Below are positions 61,132-64,000 of a stretch of 64,000 nt of DNA, piece after piece. The DNA lies in the NCBI GenBank assembly GCA_963725665.1, contig CAVRZA010000002.1, forward strand, positions 256,001 to 320,000, given 5' to 3'. The translations under genes were made by a program, and so were the position numbers. This DNA comes from an uncultured Actinomycetes bacterium (lineage in GTDB: Bacteria > Actinomycetota > Thermoleophilia > UBA2241). Within the stretch, counting starts at the first letter, position 1, and each line of letters starts with the position of its first letter. The notes under the pieces were generated by a model. It made no database searches. It was not told the DNA's origin and saw nothing but the letters and a program-made list of their open reading frames with translations.

Positions 61132-62335
61132 TCAGGTGTCGCCGTGCGTCTCTTCGACCGGCCTGGTCATCGCGGCCTGAGCCCGTGCCCAAGGGACGGG
61201 ACGCGCCCGCGAACGCACGGCGGATGATGAACGGGGCCAGGAACGTCGTGGCCAGTACCATGCTGATCACGGCGACGTAGACGTCCCCGGTCACGGCACC
61301 GGCCGAGAAGGCGATCCCGGCGACGACGATGCCCACTTCGCCGCGCGGCACCATCCCGGCTCCCACCTCGCGCCGGATCGCCCCGCCTTCTCTGAGCGCT
61401 CCGACCCAGCCACCGGCGTACTTGGTCGCCACGGCGACGGCCGTGAAGACGAGGATCTCGGCGTCGATGAGGGGGTTGGCGAAAGCCGCGAAATCGACGT
61501 AGGTCCCCATCAGGACGAAGAAGAAGGGTACGAAGAAGGCCGTCAGCGGCTCGATGCGGCGCTGGATGGGGTCGTAGTCTTCCAGCTCGCCCAGCAGCAG
61601 TCCGGCGAGGAAGGCACCCACGATGGCTGCCAGACCGACGTACTCGGCGAGCAAGGAGAGTCCCAGAGTGAGCACGATCGAGGCGTCGAAGACCACCCCG
61701 GGGGGCAGCCGCTTGACGAGGTGCGAGAGCCGCGCTGCGAGGGGCGGTCCGGCGACGACCACGACGGCGACGAAGGCGACCGCCTCGAGGGCGATGAGAG
61801 CGATCTCGGTGGGGTTCGACTCTCCCAGCGCCACACCCTTGACCACGACCAGGACGATCAGGCCCAGGATGTCGTCAAGCACGGCGGCGGCGAGGATGAT
61901 GCGCGCCGAGCGCCGTGACTGGACGCCGAGCTCCCGTAGCACGGTGATGGTGATGCCCACCGAGGTCGCCACGAAGGCTGTGGCCACAAAGAGGGCGTTG
62001 GAGGTGGCTTCGCCGAACGCCAGAGCGGCCAGCAAGCCGCCGGCGAACGGGAGTGCCACGCCAATGAAGCCCACGCGCAGGGCCGACCCGCGGACGGCGA
62101 GCAGGTCGCGCACGCGCGCCTCGAGGCCGGCCTCGAAGAGGAGGAAGATCACGCCGAGCTCGGCAAAGGCCTCGAAGAACTCGGACCTGTGGACCAGGTC
62201 GAGAAGGTGTGGACCGAGCAGGGCGCCGGCGAGAAGCTCGCCGATCACGGCTGGGAACCCGAGTGCGCCGGCCAGGCGGCCCAGCACCCGCGCGGCCGCG
62301 TAGGCGACCAGGAGCTGGAACAGGATGGTCGTCAC
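61132..62335 (-). CDS. CPA2 cation:proton antiporter; 3' end uncertain
   Basis: PAVIGELLAG, LLFEAGLE, ATSVGI, AAVLDDILG, GAFLAGL, PRGEV; as assembled the frame runs on antisense through the macro gene. Confidence 0.8.
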
Positions 62336-62442
62336 GGGCCCGGCCTTCGGCTCTGGCGCAAGTCTCTTCTCATGGGGAGCATAGTATGACAGCGGAGGAG
62401 CCGGATCGTCTCAGGACCGACCCTACTCTCGAGGAGGACGAG

Positions 62443-63426
62443 ATGCCTGAAGTGCTGTACCTCTCGCGCGGCGATGTCGAGGAGCTACGGTTGCCCATGG
62501 GCGAGGTCGTCGCCGCGGTGGAGGAGGGGTTCCGGCTGAAGGGCACCGGGGAGACCGAGATGCCGCCCAAGCCGGCCCTGCACCCCGGCGGGGGCGCGTT
62601 CATCCACGCCATGCCGGCGCTCGTGCGCGGCGAGGTCGGGCTGGCCGCGCTCAAATGGGTCGCCGTCTACAACACCAACCCCGCGCGCGGCCTGCCGGCC
62701 CTCGCCGCGCTGCTCGTGCTCTCGGACGCCGCCGACGGCCAGCCGCTGGCCGTCATGGACGCCGCGCTCCTCACCGCCTTGCGTACCGGGGCCAGCGTCG
62801 GTGTCGCGGCCCGCCGGCTGGCGTGCGACGACGTCGAGGCCGTCGGGATCGTGGGGTGCGGCGTGCAGGCGCGATCGAGCCTTGCCGCGCTCGTCGAGGT
62901 GCTGCCCCGCCTTCGCGAGGCACGCTGCTACGATGTCTCGGCCACGGCGCAGCGGGCGTTCATCGACGAGATGAGCACGCGCTTCCCGGCGCTCTCGTGC
63001 ATCGCCTGCTCCCCGCCGGCGGAGGTCTGCCGCGGGGCGGGCGTCGTGGTCAGTGCGATCTCGATGGGGACGGGGGCGCGACCGCCGCTCGGCGCCGGCC
63101 TCCTCGAGGCCGGCGCCCTGGCGGTCGCGCTCGACTACGACGCCGCCTGGACGGCGGCGGCGATGGCCGCCTGCGACCGCCTGGTGTGCGACGACGTCGC
63201 CCAGGTCCGCGCGACGGTGGCCCAGGGGGCCTACCTCGGCGAGCTGCCGGTGGCGAGGCTCGAGGACCTCGGCGACGTCGTCGCCGGCAGGGCGCCCGGC
63301 CGTCGCGACGCCGAGGAGCGTATCTTCGCCCTCAACCTCGGCATCGCGGTGGACGACGTGATGACGGCGCGGCTCATCTTCTCACGCGCGCGCGAGCGCG
63401 GCGTCGGGAGGCTGTTGCCCCTCTGA
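62443..63426 (+). CDS. Ornithine cyclodeaminase/mu-crystallin family protein
   Basis: HAMPA, LKWV, LTALRTGA, GCGVQAR, GIAVDD. Confidence 0.85.
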   Translation: MPEVLYLSRGDVEELRLPMGEVVAAVEEGFRLKGTGETEMPPKPALHPGGGAFIHAMPALVRGEVGLAALKWVAVYNTNPARGLPALAALLVLSDAADGQPLAVMDAALLTALRTGASVGVAARRLACDDVEAVGIVGCGVQARSSLAALVEVLPRLREARCYDVSATAQRAFIDEMSTRFPALSCIACSPPAEVCRGAGVVVSAISMGTGARPPLGAGLLEAGALAVALDYDAAWTAAAMAACDRLVCDDVAQVRATVAQGAYLGELPVARLEDLGDVVAGRAPGRRDAEERIFALNLGIAVDDVMTARLIFSRARERGVGRLLPL

Positions 63427-63455
63427 GGTGCGTCCGGGCCCCGGCCGTGCGACCC

Positions 63456-64000
63456 TCAGATCGGGGCCGCCACGCCACAGATGGCGGCGAGCTCGACGAG
63501 CTGGTCCGCGCTCAGGCCGGGCCGACGGTCGGCGCGCGCCGCCATGACCCTGTCGATCACGGCGCGCGCCGCGTCGTCCTCGGTCGCGCCGCTCTCCTGC
63601 CACCTCTCGTATGAGAGCCGATTGGCGATCTGCGGCAGGAAGTGCTCGCCGGCGCGCGCGCGCCGCGCCGTCTCCTTCTCGCGCAAGAAGTCGCCGCCGA
63701 TACCGGCGCGCGCGAACGCGTCGGGCATGATCGACGACTTCGAGACCTCGACCTCGCTCAGCATGCGGCGGACCATGAGCGCGATCTCGTTGTCGATGAC
63801 GATCTGGGGCAGGTAGAGCGCGCTGGACGAGTCGATCAGCCCCCATCCCGACACGAGGTCCGGGTTGGCGGAGCACACGGTGAGCGCCTTCAGCGCCTTC
63901 TCGTAGCCGGCCTGGATACCCGGGTAGCGCGCGTCGGTCGACATGGCGGGGTTCATCGTCGGCACGCCGAGGTAGTGTCCGACCTCGGTCGCCGCCGCGC
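63456..64000 (-). CDS. MttB-superfamily (non-pyrrolysine) methyltransferase, C-terminal part
   Basis: YLGVP...MSTDARYPGIQAGYEK, QIVIDNEI, GGDFL, RLSYERW; Ser at the Pyl-equivalent position. Confidence 0.8.
   Translation of the reverse strand, partial: AAATEVGHYLGVPTMNPAMSTDARYPGIQAGYEKALKALTVCSANPDLVSGWGLIDSSSALYLPQIVIDNEIALMVRRMLSEVEVSKSSIMPDAFARAGIGGDFLREKETARRARAGEHFLPQIANRLSYERWQESGATEDDAARAVIDRVMAARADRRPGLSADQLVELAAICGVAAPI

Noticed and set aside
1-64000. tRNA-Pyl or pylSBCD genes
   Set aside because: No CUA-anticodon tRNA or Pyl enzyme ORF was recognised by eye; they must lie elsewhere if present.

Overview
High-GC chromosomal window, probably from a non-model Actinomycetota lineage. 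That call is an inference from CGAAC-N4-GTTCG LexA boxes, an actinobacterial-type Zur box, DUF6504, DnaE2 and an Rv2191-like DEDD/GIY-YIG gene. It has about 55 genes: housekeeping and stress genes (fumC, sdhCDAB, lon/hsp20, copA, cbiMQO, accC, photolyase) mixed with corrinoid-dependent methylamine methyltransferases. The main signal is genetic-code expansion. A trimethylamine methyltransferase (mttB, 33323-31851) and a dimethylamine methyltransferase (mtbB, 47439-48851) each carry an in-frame TAG exactly at the catalytic pyrrolysine position. Yet about 20 of about 54 genes here, including mtbB itself, still end in TAG, so amber must be read both ways. mtbB sits in an apparent TetR regulon (shared 16-bp operator at tetR, mtbB and an aldehyde dehydrogenase) with an NCS1 permease. 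Other signals: three LexA boxes defining a dispersed SOS cluster, a repeat-rich insertion in dnaE2, two candidate structured RNAs, an orphan receiver-MshEN-PilB ATPase and a perfect 58-bp palindrome. About ten genes have single-base frameshifts that look like assembly indels. No rRNA, tRNA (including tRNA-Pyl), CRISPR array or intact IS element was seen.
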